Source: Eledone cirrhosa (Eukaryota). Taken from it: a DNA stretch of 64,000 bases. The stretch's first letter is position 1, and the number at the start of each line of letters is the position of its first letter. The stretch lies in assembly GCA_964016885.1 (NCBI GenBank), contig OZ024741.1:114762001-114826000 (forward strand), given 5' to 3'. The position numbers and the translations under genes were made by a program. Below, in pieces: positions 1 to 12,076 of this stretch. Under the pieces are notes generated by a model. It was given only the letters and a program-made list of their open reading frames with translations, did not search any database and was not told where the DNA came from.

Positions 1-180
1 TAGGAAAACAGCATATATATGTGAAGTTATGTATATTTCCTCTGATAGTTTGTAATACTTTTACATAGATCTATATGATATACATACCAACACACATACA
101 AATCCTAGAAACGATCGTAAAATGATGAATTTTTTAATATAAGGAAATTGTTCTTTGTTTTTATTCATTGTTGTTATTAA

Positions 181-420
181 TTTATATATATGCATATATA
201 TATATATACATATATATAAACATATATACATATATATATATTTAAATATATATATATATATATACATACATATATATATATACATACATATATATATAGG
301 TAAAATTTCCGAGATATATATATACATACATATATGCACACACACACACACCCACACACCCACATATATATATATGTATATTTGTATATGTGTGTGTGTG
401 TGCATACGATTTAAACATGT
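181..420. repeat. (TA)n/(TACA)n/(CA)n compound microsatellite
   Basis: Direct reading; explains the YIYI/CVCV ORFs. Confidence 0.95.
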
Positions 421-988
421 GCAAAGCATACGTGTATGTAAAAAAATAACATGAAGTAAATAAGAATAACTAAAACAAATGCTGTGAAACATAACGTAAT
501 TACGCACATAAAGCCAGCGGCTCACAAATTGTCCGCCATTTTTCTAATCTAAAAATATTTACTCCTAGAAATTCAACATCCAAATTGTTTATTAGTCTAT
601 TCACGTCTACTAGTATGTTGAATACACCTGGAAATTCCTTCAGTCATTTGAAAAGAGTATGTTTACATTTCAGTTTCTTTGTGCGATTTCTTATAATGTT
701 CGTTCTACAGTGTCCACTTAGATTATCGGGTTGCATTTGCCGAAAGACAACAATGAATGAGAAGATAAAGGGAGAAAAATGGGAAAAAAATGTTAAGATC
801 ATATATGCATGAGGAAGTATGTATATACATTTATTTCATATAGACGTTACTCAGTTGTTTCATTCGTGTGAAATCCTTATGATGACATCATGTTGATTTC
901 GAACGAATGAAATAGTTCTAGTTCTGTAAAATACCCCCGCATTCTCTGTCTGTCTGTCTGCATGTATTTCTATCTCCCCCCCCCCCTA

Positions 989-1045
<57 letters not shown>

Positions 1046-1059
1046 TTTACACACACACA

Positions 1060-1109
<50 letters not shown>

Positions 1110-1121
1110 CATATATATATA

Positions 1122-1158
<37 letters not shown>

Positions 1159-1222
1159 TTCTATACCTTTCATTTATATATATATATATTATTATTATGT
1201 AATAAACAACATAAGGCAATTA

Positions 1223-1282
1223 TTCCATTTACCAGTGGTTTCTTAAAAGCAAAAGGTTTTGCTTTCAATCCTCAGAATGAAA
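1223..1282 (-). ncRNA. Type I hammerhead ribozyme motif (mirror copy)
   Basis: Exact reverse complement of 1358-1417 in the left arm. Confidence 0.8.
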
Positions 1283-1357
1283 AAATCCTGGTTTGTTTAT
1301 TGAATTTGGATTATATTTGGTTTTTATAATCCAAATTCAATAAACAAACCAGGATTT

Positions 1358-1417
1358 TTTCATTCTGAGGATTGAAAGCAAAACCTTTTGCTTTTAAGAA
1401 ACCACTGGTAAATGGAA
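1358..1417 (+). ncRNA. Type I hammerhead ribozyme motif
   Basis: tttcatt-CTGAGGA-ttgaaagcaaaa/cc/ttttgcttttaa-GAAA-ccactgg-TA-aatggaa; stems I, II and III all pair; predicted cut after GUA at 1410. Confidence 0.8.
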
Positions 1418-1517
1418 TAATTGCCTTATGTTGTTTATTACATAATAATAATAATTAAGCTCTGTTGCCTACATAGAGCACTCTTTTTTCCTGGACTTTT
1501 CCGATGGAATTACTTCA

Positions 1518-1612
<95 letters not shown>

Positions 1613-1986
1613 TTAAGTCGTTTGGAAGCCTCGACAATGGAAATGGGTAAATCTCCGGGTAACAAGATCCGGTGGTGGAGAGAGAGATCTAAGTGGGTGT
1701 ACGTTGAGATGCGTGGTGTGGATAAGATGTGTGAGATGTGTAGAATGAAGGGAAGAGTATAAAGGATAAAATAAAAATAACAACACAAGAGAGAGTTACC
1801 TTGGGAGAGATTTAATAATCCCTATATATTTCGGATTCACATCCATCAACTGGGGGTTTTTTCCGGGGTGGGGGAAAAGGTTGTCTGTCGGACAGGTGCG
1901 GAACGCGTCCTCCGCTGTTTGTTGTTTTGAATATTTGAGGTATTCGGCAGAGCGCGCGTGCGAACTGTTGCCTACGCACATACGTC

Positions 1987-2265
1987 GTGTATAAGATAGA
2001 ATGTGACAGGTGCAACCAATACTACATAGGTAGCACAATTCGACCTTTGCACATCCGGATCAAGGAACACACTAAAACCAGGGCCTCGTCTTTCCGGAAA
2101 CACATAGACAAATGCGGAAACAAAGACGGAAGGCCCATTGTCACAATTCTAGCGACTGAAAGAAACGTCGGCACGTTACGTATCAAGGAAGCGCTTTTTA
2201 TCAAACGCCTGCAACCGCAAATAAACAACCGATCAGAGAGAAGCGAAATGAGATGGCTGGTTTAA
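1987..2265 (+). pseudogene. PLE C-terminal GIY-YIG endonuclease fragment
   Basis: VYKIECDRCNQYYIGSTIRPLHIRIKEH...FRKH...IKEALFIKRLQPQIN. Confidence 0.9.
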
Positions 2266-2939
2266 GTTAACAAACGATGCAGCAAAACACAACACACGCA
2301 CACACACACATACAAATGAGACAACTACACACACACACGCACACACACACAGTAGCATTCCACCATACGAACATACTACACTGCCAATACAGAGGAACAA
2401 GGCAACAACACACGCATCAACACACACACTCACTCAAGCGAGGCAACAACACACGCACACACACACACAGTAACATTTAACAAACAGGCAGAGAATGGAC
2501 TGACAGCTAGCGCCTTCCCACTCCCTCATTCGGCCGCTGACCTCTGCCCGACCGACCCCATTTCACGCGCACGCGTGCTCTGCCGAATACCTCAAATATT
2601 CAAAACAACAAACAGCGGAGGACGCGTTCCGCACCTGTCCGACAGACAACCTTTTCCCCCACTCCGGAAAAAAACCCAGTTGATGGATGTGAATCCGAAA
2701 TATATAGGGACTATTAAATCTCTCCCAAGGTAACTCTCTCTTGTGTTGTTATTTTTATTTTATCCTTTATACTCTTCCCTTCATTCTACACATCTCACAC
2801 ATCTTATACACACCACGCATCTCAACGTACACCCACTTACATCTCTCTCTCCACCACCGGATCTTGTTACCCGGAGATTTACCCATTTGCATTGTCGAGG
2901 CTTCCAAACGACTTAAAGATATTTACTTATTATTCCACA

Positions 2940-4730
2940 ATGCTTCAAGCAAACTTCAATACTCTCTTATCCTTCCACCTGAGCCAGGAATTGTTAGCAT
3001 CCGTAATGGAACTGTTTAGACTGTCGGAGAAATGGGCCAACGCTGGCTGTCAAATTATTTTTCTGAAACGCTGCCTAAAAAACGATGTCATCCCCAACAC
3101 CATCAGGAACATCCGCTTACCAGTAAGCCTACGTACACCAGCTTTCCAAAACACCACTAACCGCATACATCGCACGTGTATTAAACAGATCCTGAGACAT
3201 CTCAACCGCCAAGTACACGTCCATAAGCGGACACTCTCAGAGCGGACACATCGACTGCCAATAGCACCCGGAGACTTGCTCCTGAAAATCACTAAAGCAA
3301 TCGACCAGTGCTACCACTCCAGAGTCCAAAAACGGCTCAAGCGAAAATATGAGTGGATCTTGTCGAAACGCCACAACGAGAACATCGAGACTAACGAACA
3401 GACAGACCAGAATCACGTGGGAAACAACAACTTAACAACCGCCACCGCCGCAACCACCAACACCGAGCCATACCTCAACGATGCGACGCACCTGGTCACC
3501 GACCTAACCGGCACTCTCACGAGCGACGAGCTGAAACTCCTACACCTCGGACCTAAGTTCATCGTCTCACAACGTCTCGACGACAGACTCAAACTCAACA
3601 TCGAGGCCAACTTTTGTCGAGCCGCTTACCAACTTAAATGGGTGACCGCCATCAACAGCGCCACAGAAAATAACAGCGCCCACGAAACCAACCCCAAGTT
3701 CCCCACTTACCACCCCGACAGCCCACTCCACCCCCACCCACCAACCACGAACTCGACACTAAACTCATCAGGCTAAAACACTCCATCTCGGATATACTTC
3801 ACAAACACACACACACACGCACAACACATAACCTCACCAAATCTCAACTCACCACTCTCTCCAACCTAAAATCGAAGAACCTCATCTATCTCCCCTCCGA
3901 CAAGGGAAAAGAATTCTGCGTCATCAGCAGAGAGGCCTACAACACCCTGGCCCTCCAACACCTTGACGATGACAACCTCTACTCCAAGGTCACGGGAATC
4001 ACTCCCGCGCAGATAGAAGAGCACATCAACGCCGCCTGGACCAATATCTGCGACCGGCGGAAGCTTCCGAAGAAGCTGAGATACAACCTCCTCACGAGGA
4101 ACAGCAGACTACCCGCCTTCTACCACCTCGTGAAAACACACAAACAAGGACCCGACCTGAAGATCAGGCCCATCGTATCGAGCGTGGAGGGACCACTCTA
4201 CAAAATTTCATGGCTCCTAGCCAGAATACTCAAACCCATCTTAGACACCTTTCCGGGACACGTGAACAGATCCGAGGAGGTGTTGAAGCGCCTGCATCAA
4301 ATGGATCCCGACACCAGAAGGAATAACAGATATGCCTTCAGCCTTGATGTAGTCGCTCTCTACACCTCGGTCCCGGCACTCCCGGCCGTCAATATACTGA
4401 TGGAACGCGTCCAATCCACCGACCTACACTGCTTCGGGCTCACCACCACTGACATCCACCAACTCCTATCCATCGTCGTCGACAACACCTACTTCGGATT
4501 CCTTGACCAAACATACCAACAAACCTCGGGATTGCCCATGGGATCAAGCCTATCAGGTGTGCTAGCGATCTCTTACATGGACAACCTCGAACGCAAGGCA
4601 CTCAACGCCTGCCACCCCAACGCCGTAGCCTTTTTCTCAAGGTACGTGGACGATATCCTCATCCTCACATCTTCCCAAGACACGGCGAACAGAATCTATG
4701 AGACGTTCAACAACACGGACGAGAACATTG
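2940..4730 (+). pseudogene. PLE reverse transcriptase ORF, frameshifted near 3700-3740, truncated after the YVDD motif
   Basis: ORFs 2892-3776 and 4130-4777 are in different frames; LGPKF, PSDKG, KIRPIVSS, QTSGLPMGSSLS, SRYVDDI. Confidence 0.9.
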
Positions 4731-4735
4731 ACTTA

Positions 4736-4907
4736 CGCAATATAATCATTCCATTACCAAAGGTTTCAAGAAACTAGAAGATTCTAACAGAAACGTTCAG
4801 CCCATGCATTAGATAAAATAATTATCTTATCTGATGAACAGACTGGACGTTTCTGTTAGAATCTTCTAGTTTCTTGAAACCTTTGGTAATGGAATAATTA
4901 TATTGTG
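4736..4907. repeat. Imperfect fold-back inverted repeat
   Basis: ~4736-4816 is the reverse complement of ~4827-4907. Confidence 0.85.
4820..4899 (+). ncRNA. Type I hammerhead ribozyme motif
   Basis: attatcttat-CTGATGA-(agactgga/tctagttt stem II)-GAAA-cctttgg-TA-atggaataat. Confidence 0.75.
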
Positions 4908-4914
4908 GTATTTA

Positions 4915-4928
4915 TTATAAATAAATAA

Positions 4929-4997
<69 letters not shown>

Positions 4998-5195
4998 CAC
5001 ACACGTGTGTATGTGTGCAATTGTATAGATCTGTATGTGTGTGTATGTGCTTAGTCAATATATATATATTGACTAAGCACATACACATACAGACAGATCG
5101 ATACATTTGCACACATATACTCTCTCTCTCACTCTCCCTCTCACACACACACGCACACGCACACACACATACACACACACACACACATGTATATG
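4915..5195. repeat. Compound microsatellite (AAAT/TA/CA/CT)
   Basis: Direct reading. Confidence 0.9.
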
Positions 5196-5624
5196 TGGTC
5201 TTGGATTCTCTGCCTTCAGTTGCTGCACATTCTTCGGTTTGTTGTTTTTTTCGCTGTTTCCCTTTTCTTCCCTTTTCCCCTTTTCCTTTCTATTTTCCTT
5301 CTCTCCCTCCTCCGTTTTCCCAATAACTTACCCAGTTATTGAACACTCTGGGTGTAGATGTATTGTCTTTAAAGCGTTGGAATATCCGAGACCCCCAGTA
5401 GAAAACTCCCCCCCGCCGTTCTTGCTTTCTTCTTATTCTCATTCCATTTTTAAGCTTAATTTTACTAGCCACTACACAGCCATCCTATTCTCCATATATT
5501 TTATATATATATATATATACATATGTATATACATATGTATGTGTGTGTGTGTATGTGTTTATTGGTACAACCTACTTTAATAAAATATTCCATTATATAG
5601 CCTTACAAACTTACATTAAAATTA

Positions 5625-5812
5625 GTGGTGGTTTGGCAGTATCGGTAGATTGTCGGACAACAGGCTTTGCAGCACTTAGTTACGCCCCTTCCTGATCTGA
5701 GTTCAAATCCTGCCGAGGTTAACTTTGCCTTTCATCCTTACAGGGTCGACAAAATAAAGTACCAGTAATGCACTGGGATAATTGCTGGCCTTGTGCCAAA
5801 TGTAAAAACAAT
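5625..5812 (+). mobile_element. tRNA-derived SINE, dominant family (Nin-domain-like core)
   Basis: A-box-like tggcagtatcggt, B-box gagttcaaatcc, core gccgaggttaactttgcctttcatcc...gtcgataaaataaagtaccag; many copies in the window. Confidence 0.85.
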
Positions 5813-6519
5813 TAAAATTAATCACCCAACCATTGTTTTCATCAATCGATTACATTGGTGATATTTCAAGCCTCTGCACTCTAATCAAAGGCCCGTAACA
5901 GATTTTGATTTCAGAATGTTCCAAAATATTTATTGTTTAGCGTATTTAATCCGGCTCTTCGTACGCCGCATTCAACCCCCAAGGAATAAATTTTACTTTT
6001 CATCCTGGGTGTGGGGGTGGGGTGGGATAAAATAAAGTCCCAGCCCTGTGCATTGGTGGAATTTTAGAACATTGACCAAAACTCCTTACGGTATTTTTCC
6101 CAATTATTCTGAACAATTCTTTATTTTGAGAGAAATCGTATTTACGATTTTTCTTGTAGCAAAACTGCACAATAGAAAACCAGGTAATATATAGACCCAC
6201 TCTGACATATGTTCGTTAAAAGGATGATGGATAAAAATCCCGAAACATTCGGATACTGGGATACTGGGGCAGCTGTAAGATAGTCACAGTTTGAAACATG
6301 CTAAACACTAGCGTCTGGTATTACCACATCGCCACCGAGACAGTTGTGAAATGAACACAGCGTAAAATATCAATAGCGAGACTTATATATATTTATTATA
6401 CATAAACATATTATATTTGCTTTCATATACACGTTTATTACGAATGGCGCCATGTTAGTGCTACTGTTATATATATATATCTAAAAAAGTCTAAAGTCTA
6501 TCTTAAGCCAGAAAACTCA

Positions 6520-6738
6520 TTTGGCCAGTGCTTATCCCGGTTTCATGACGTCAAGCGACTGAGAAGTATAAGACTCCCCCACTGGACAGGACGCCAGTCC
6601 ATCGCAAGGTTAAACCCCCATACTGGAGAACCTGAAATGAAGTGTTTTGCTCAAGAACACAACACGCAACCCAAGAATCGAAGCCCCAACATTATGATCG
6701 TAAGTCCAACACCCTTACAACTAGGCCACGTGCCTCCA
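6520..6738 (-). mobile_element. tRNA-derived SINE, second family
   Basis: Minus-strand tRNA-like head ggaggcacgtggcctagttgtaagg...ttcgattc followed by gtgttcttgagcaaaacactt. Confidence 0.7.
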
Positions 6739-6777
6739 TGCTCTCTCTCTTTCTGCCTCTCTCTCTCTCTCTCTCTC

Positions 6778-6960
6778 TGGATTGGCAGTATCGGTAGAGA
6801 GTCGGACGCCATGCTTTCCAGCATAGTTACGTCCCTTTACGATCTGAGTTCAAATCCCGCCGAGGTTGACTTTGCCTTTCATCCTTACGTGGTCGATAAA
6901 ATAAAGTACCAGTAATGCACTGGGTTATTGCTGGCCTTGTGCCTAAAGTAGAAACAATTA
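6778..6960 (+). mobile_element. SINE, dominant family
   Basis: Near-identical to 5625-5812 and 47563-47745. Confidence 0.85.
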
Positions 6961-7994
6961 TCTCTCTTTTTTAATAATAATTCTTAGACAAGGAAACATC
7001 TGCTTCTGACATCACCAACAGTTATATACGTCTAAAGTTGCACTCTCGAAACGAAAAGTCAAACTAATAAAATCGTTCCAGTACAAATTGTCAATCACAG
7101 ATGACTAGTCATACTGTGTCGGTGGATACACACAATATGATGTGGCAGAACGAATGTAACAGCATTGTTGTCATATCTAAATATTTAAGATTTCATTTTT
7201 AATGATAGAAATAAGTTTGAGCCGGGAATTGACATCGTAATAATGTGTGTAATGCCTGTAGAGGATAGTCTATTGAACTCTAAATAAAACGGGACAATTT
7301 ACCAAATATAATCTTTGTGCCCTGTAGCTGTGATAAGAATGATGACACTAAATAATGTTAGTCTTCACAAAACTAAAGAGCCAAGAGGTAATACGGTGGC
7401 CTGTGTTCTTCAGTAACTTATTTTCAGACAGAAATTTGCTTTGGCCTCCCGCCAGATAACTTGAACACTGCGCCCAAGCTGGAGAATCTATTAAAATGTG
7501 ATTCAAATACACTGCAGATGTCTAGAGGTATTTATGGAGTAAAAACGTAAGCATTTTGACACCAAACCGCTTGAAACACCACCTGGTTATATGATGCGAA
7601 ATTATTTACTTTTTGAAGTGTTTATATTTATCTAAAATCCGTCAATAATAATTCTATGTAAGGAGCTTTTCATTATGTTCCAAACACCAGGTTAATGGTT
7701 TCAAATACAGGTTCAAGATCAGTGATTTGACGGAAGGGAGTGTCGATTACATCAACCTCAGTATTTGACTAATATTTCATTGATCTCGGAAGGGATGAAA
7801 CGCAAAGTTGACCTCAATAGAGTTGAACCTATTTTTTCAACTCTTTGGTATTTCTGGCAATCCAAACACCAACATTTTGAAAATGGCTAGAACATTATAG
7901 GCAATGTATTGTATTAGAAATACGGTAACGAAATAATTAACGAACAGTACTTCAATTTATCTAGCTGTAATCAGATTTCAATTTATATCAGCAG

Positions 7995-8645
7995 CACAGG
8001 TAGCGAATTGACAGAGTCATCACAGCATCGGATAGAATGCACTGCAGTATTTGATCTGGCTCTCTGCACTCTGAGTTCAAATCCAACCACGATTAAGTTT
8101 GCCTTTCATTCTTTCAAGTTTGATAAAGAAGTACCAGTCCAGTAATGGGGTCGATTCTCCAACTATATCTCTTTTTTACTTCCTCTGTAACCGTCACTAT
8201 ATTTCTTTTTCTTCGGTAGAATAAATCGGCCCTGTTCCTACATCGAGAAGTGATGGGCTTCGTCAGGTATAAACGCTGTGCCCATACGACTCTATCACGT
8301 TTACTGGTCCATATATACACATATTACATGTTAAAGTATAGTCCTGTAACTCCTGATGGAGTTGTAAGGGCGCCATAGTGATATAGCCTGGCGGAGCCCA
8401 ACCATCTCCATGTCTGAACACAGCAGATTTCTTCAAGAGAAGGATAGAAAGTGATAGAAAGGCTGTGAGAAAGAGACAAGAAAGAAAAATCGACCCCAGT
8501 ACTAAACTGGTACTTTTTTATCGACCTCAAAAGGGTGAAAGGCAAAGTTGACCTCGGCGGGATTTAAACTGGGAGAGCGGAGAGCCGGAACGAATACAGC
8601 AAAGCATTCTATCCGATAATTTCTATCTAATGACTCTGCCAATAT
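7995..8645. mobile_element. Two tail-to-tail SINE copies of a long-tailed subfamily
   Basis: Plus copy 7995-8320 and minus copy 8330-8645 share the core and the ...acgactccatcaggagttacagg tail. Confidence 0.7.
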
Positions 8646-8769
8646 ATAGAACCCTAATCTATGTATATTAACAATGCAGGAGTATTCACTCACCCAGCTC
8701 CTCGAGACCGAATAAAACATCCACTGTCCTCAAAACCATAAAACTGCTAACTTCATGCTTAACTTGTCG

Positions 8770-9083
8770 TCAGTTACGACGACAAGTGTTCCAGATGATC
8801 CGATCAACGGAAGAACCCACTCGTGAAATTTATATGCAAGTGGCTGAGCATTCCACAGACATGTGTACCGTTAACATAATTCTCATGGAGATTCAGCATG
8901 ACACACGGTGTGATAAGGCTGGCCCATTGAATTACAGGTATAACTTTTTTTGGCAGCTAAATGGATTAGAGCAACGTGAAATAAAGTATCTTGCTCAAGG
9001 ACACAAAGGTGCCGCCGGTAATCAAACTCATGACCTCACGACCATGAACTGAATTCTCTAACCACTAAACCACGCGCCTTCAC
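8770..9083 (-). mobile_element. tRNA-derived CORE-like SINE
   Basis: Head gtgaaggcgcgtggtttagtggttag...gagtttgattacc, then tgtgtccttgagcaagatactt; related pieces at 26730-26855, 34095-34410 and 44300-44430. Confidence 0.75.
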
Positions 9084-9234
9084 AAGTGCATGACGACAAT
9101 ACACAAAATATAGAATGTCGAATATAATGGTTTAGGATATCCATTCTGGCTCTGAGTATGCAAAGTTCAATTCCTGCGCCTTTCAATTCTTTCGAGATCG
9201 TTAAATAAAGTATCACTCCAGCGCTAGGGCCGAT

Positions 9235-9266
9235 TCTTCTTCTTCTTCTGCTGCTGCTGCTGGTGC

Positions 9267-9307
<41 letters not shown>

Positions 9308-9375
9308 ATGATCTTCTCCCTCCTGATCCTTCCCCTCCTCCCCATCTTCTCTCTTCTTCTTCTTCTTCTTCTTCT
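9235..9375. repeat. (CTT)n/(CTG)n/(GAT)n trinucleotide repeats
   Basis: Direct reading. Confidence 0.9.
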
Positions 9376-9779
9376 GTCAAAAATTCGAAGACGGAAGGTG
9401 TCACTAGGTTTAACCCCCCACCCCCAAAACAACAACAAAAAACCCCACTGTGTGACATGAGGGCGTCCCTACGACTCCATTAAGAGTTAAAGCATCAATA
9501 ATTGATAAATAAATACGTTTTACCATTTTGCACAAGAAAACCAACTAATAAATCCTTGTCGTGTATTATTATAATCATTATTATGTAAATGCCCTTAAGC
9601 AAAATAACTATAATTAATTTATTTCGGTTATTTATCCAACCGTTAAATTAATTAAGAATGCATTAGAGTTTAGAATTTTCTAAGGATGTTAAATTTTCAT
9701 TTTGATGGCTGAAGTTGTTTTTGTACCCTCGTAGCGATAATCCGGTGTTTGATGCAATGGCATCAATTTCCTTTTAATA

Positions 9780-10612
9780 ATAATAATTGCTTCTACATTT
9801 GGCACAAAATTTGAAGTGAAAGTAGATTAAATTAACACCAATGTTCTACTGGCACTGTATTTTATCGACCCCGTAAGGATGAAAGGCAAAGCTAATCTCG
9901 GCTGGATTTCAACTCAGAACGGAATAAGCCGTAACTACATGCCGCAAAGCATGTTGTCCGACGCTTTACCGATACTGCCAATCCACCGCCCTAACAACAT
10001 CAACAACAACAAAAACAAAAACAATAACAACATCAACAAAAATAGCAACAACAACAACAAAAACAAAAACAGCAACAACATCAACAACAGCAAAAACAAA
10101 AGCAACAATGGTTTTTGATTTAGGCACACGGTCAATAACTTTGGGGGAAGAGGAAGTCGATTAAATCGACCCCAGTGCGTTACGACCCCGTAATGATGCA
10201 AGTCAAAGCTAACCTCGGCGGGATTTGAACTCAGAACGTAAATGGCCATAACTCTATGTCGCTAAGCATGGTGTCCACCGTAGATAATAATAATAATAAT
10301 GATGATTTCTAGTATAGGCACTAGAACAGTAATTTTGGGGGGAGGGGAAAGTCGATTAAATTGACCCTAGTACGTTACTGGTGCTTTATTTTATCGACCC
10401 CGTAATAATGAAAGGGAAAGTTAACTTCGGCGGGATTTGAACTCAGAACGTAAAGGGTCATAAATCTATGCCGCTAAGCATGGTGTCCATCGCAGATAAT
10501 AATAATAATAATTGCGTCTATTTTAGGTACAAGGGCAGCAATTTAAAGGGGAGAAGGCAAGTCGATTAAATAGACTACAGTGCACTACTGGTACTTTATT
10601 TTTTTTATCGAC
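9780..10612 (-). mobile_element. Cluster of four tandem minus-strand SINE copies
   Basis: Repeated tttatcgaccccgtaa(g/t)gatgaaaggcaaag...ggatttgaactcagaac units separated by (AAC)n/(AAT)n. Confidence 0.8.
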
Positions 10613-11218
10613 CCCTATTATTTACACACACACACATACACTCTTACACATATTATTTAATAATAATTTCTCCATTTGTGAAGGTAGTAGACAAGGACAC
10701 GTAACAGCATAGAGGAGTTTGCATAGAACTGAGCATGAGGAAAGAGATGTGAAATACAAGAGTATAATTTAAATGAAATGAAATGTCCCACTAGGGAGCA
10801 GTTTTCTTGAGTAATAAAGAAACCTAACATCCTGGAGGGTTACTCTTAATATTTAGGACAAAGGTCCTCTCACTGCAGTGTTCTCCTGTCTATAGGTACT
10901 AGGCCCATTCAACCTAACAATTCTCATCCACCTTTCATCAAATTCACTGAATGGCAACCACTCACTCTCGACACCAACCTTCATGTCCATATGGATTTGT
11001 TGAGAGTAAAATCCACCAAATGTTATCTTTTTAAATTTTGAGTTACAATAGAGTGAGTAAGCAGATGAAAAAATTTATCTCGCGTATTAATAAAAATTAA
11101 ATCTGGTCTTTGGCAAGCAGATGACAATTCCAGAGATATTTCGTTATTATTGTAGCTCATCAGAGAGGCATAGCCATTTCTGGTGCTTGTTAGATCTATT
11201 GATAAAAAAATAGCATTT

Positions 11219-11271
<53 letters not shown>

Positions 11272-11350
11272 GTATATATATATATAATAAATTAAGAGTG
11301 AATAACCAATTTAGACTCTACGTTCGTTTCATTGTATAATAGCCAATTTT

Positions 11351-11437
11351 ACTCTACGTTCGTTTCATTGTATAATAGCCAGCCATACATTTATATACAT
11401 TGGGCATTAGTCTTTTGGTCTACATATCTTCAGGAAT
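11351..11437 (-). ncRNA. Type I hammerhead ribozyme motif with long stem II
   Basis: Minus strand: attc-CTGAAGA-~60 nt-GAAA-cgaacg-TA-gagt; next to (TA)n. Confidence 0.65.
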
Positions 11438-11993
11438 ACAAATATTGTCATAAGGATCAACATAAAAACATGCAAAAAGTAACTTCATATTACAAATATC
11501 ATTAAAAACATATCATTACAAATATCATTAAAAACATATCATTAAAAACGTCATGCAAAAAGTTAGTATATCTAAAAGCAATCACATGGTGTAATCAAAA
11601 GCAAATTTAACAACAGTAGAATAAAACTTAGTATTTTTGTGCATACAATTACAAAAATATGTTATATTCATAATAGATACTTATATCATGTTAAAAAATA
11701 GCTTGTAAAAAGTGAGTACATCCAAAATCAATGACAGGGTGTAAGCATTAGCAATTTAAAAAAGGCAGTATAATAAAACGTAGCGCTTCTGTGCTTCTAT
11801 ACACCCACAAACATACACTATTACAGGAAAAATAAAACCAGTCAATCAAGAAATATGTGGGTGCATATATACAAAAAAATATAAAACGGAAAAGGATATA
11901 TATTGTCTTAAGTTAATTTCAAGCCTAATCATTTTTAAGGAAAATGTAAAGGAAAATTTTCGGTTATATAAATAAAAAAAAAGGTTTCTAAAA

Positions 11994-12071
<78 letters not shown>

Positions 12072-12076
<5 letters not shown>

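Larger units (their letters stand above)
1187..1453. repeat. Perfect fold-back inverted repeat (129-bp arms, 9-nt spacer)
   Basis: 1187-1315 is the reverse complement of 1325-1453; lies among (TA)n tracts. Confidence 0.95.
1607..4730 (+). mobile_element. Penelope-like retroelement: inverted pLTR, partial upstream copy, pLTR, 3'-truncated ORF
   Basis: Inverted repeat 1607-1962/2568-2922 next to (TA)n; GIY-YIG fragment; PLE RT motifs DKG, RPIVS, SLDVVALYT, GLPMGS, RYVDD. Confidence 0.92.

Noticed and set aside
530-545. AAAATGGCGG (YY1-like or start-codon context) on the minus strand
   Set aside because: Reading frame stops after five codons; a single motif cannot support a promoter call
5625-5720. 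tRNA genes
   Set aside because: A and B boxes belong to SINE heads; no complete cloverleaf
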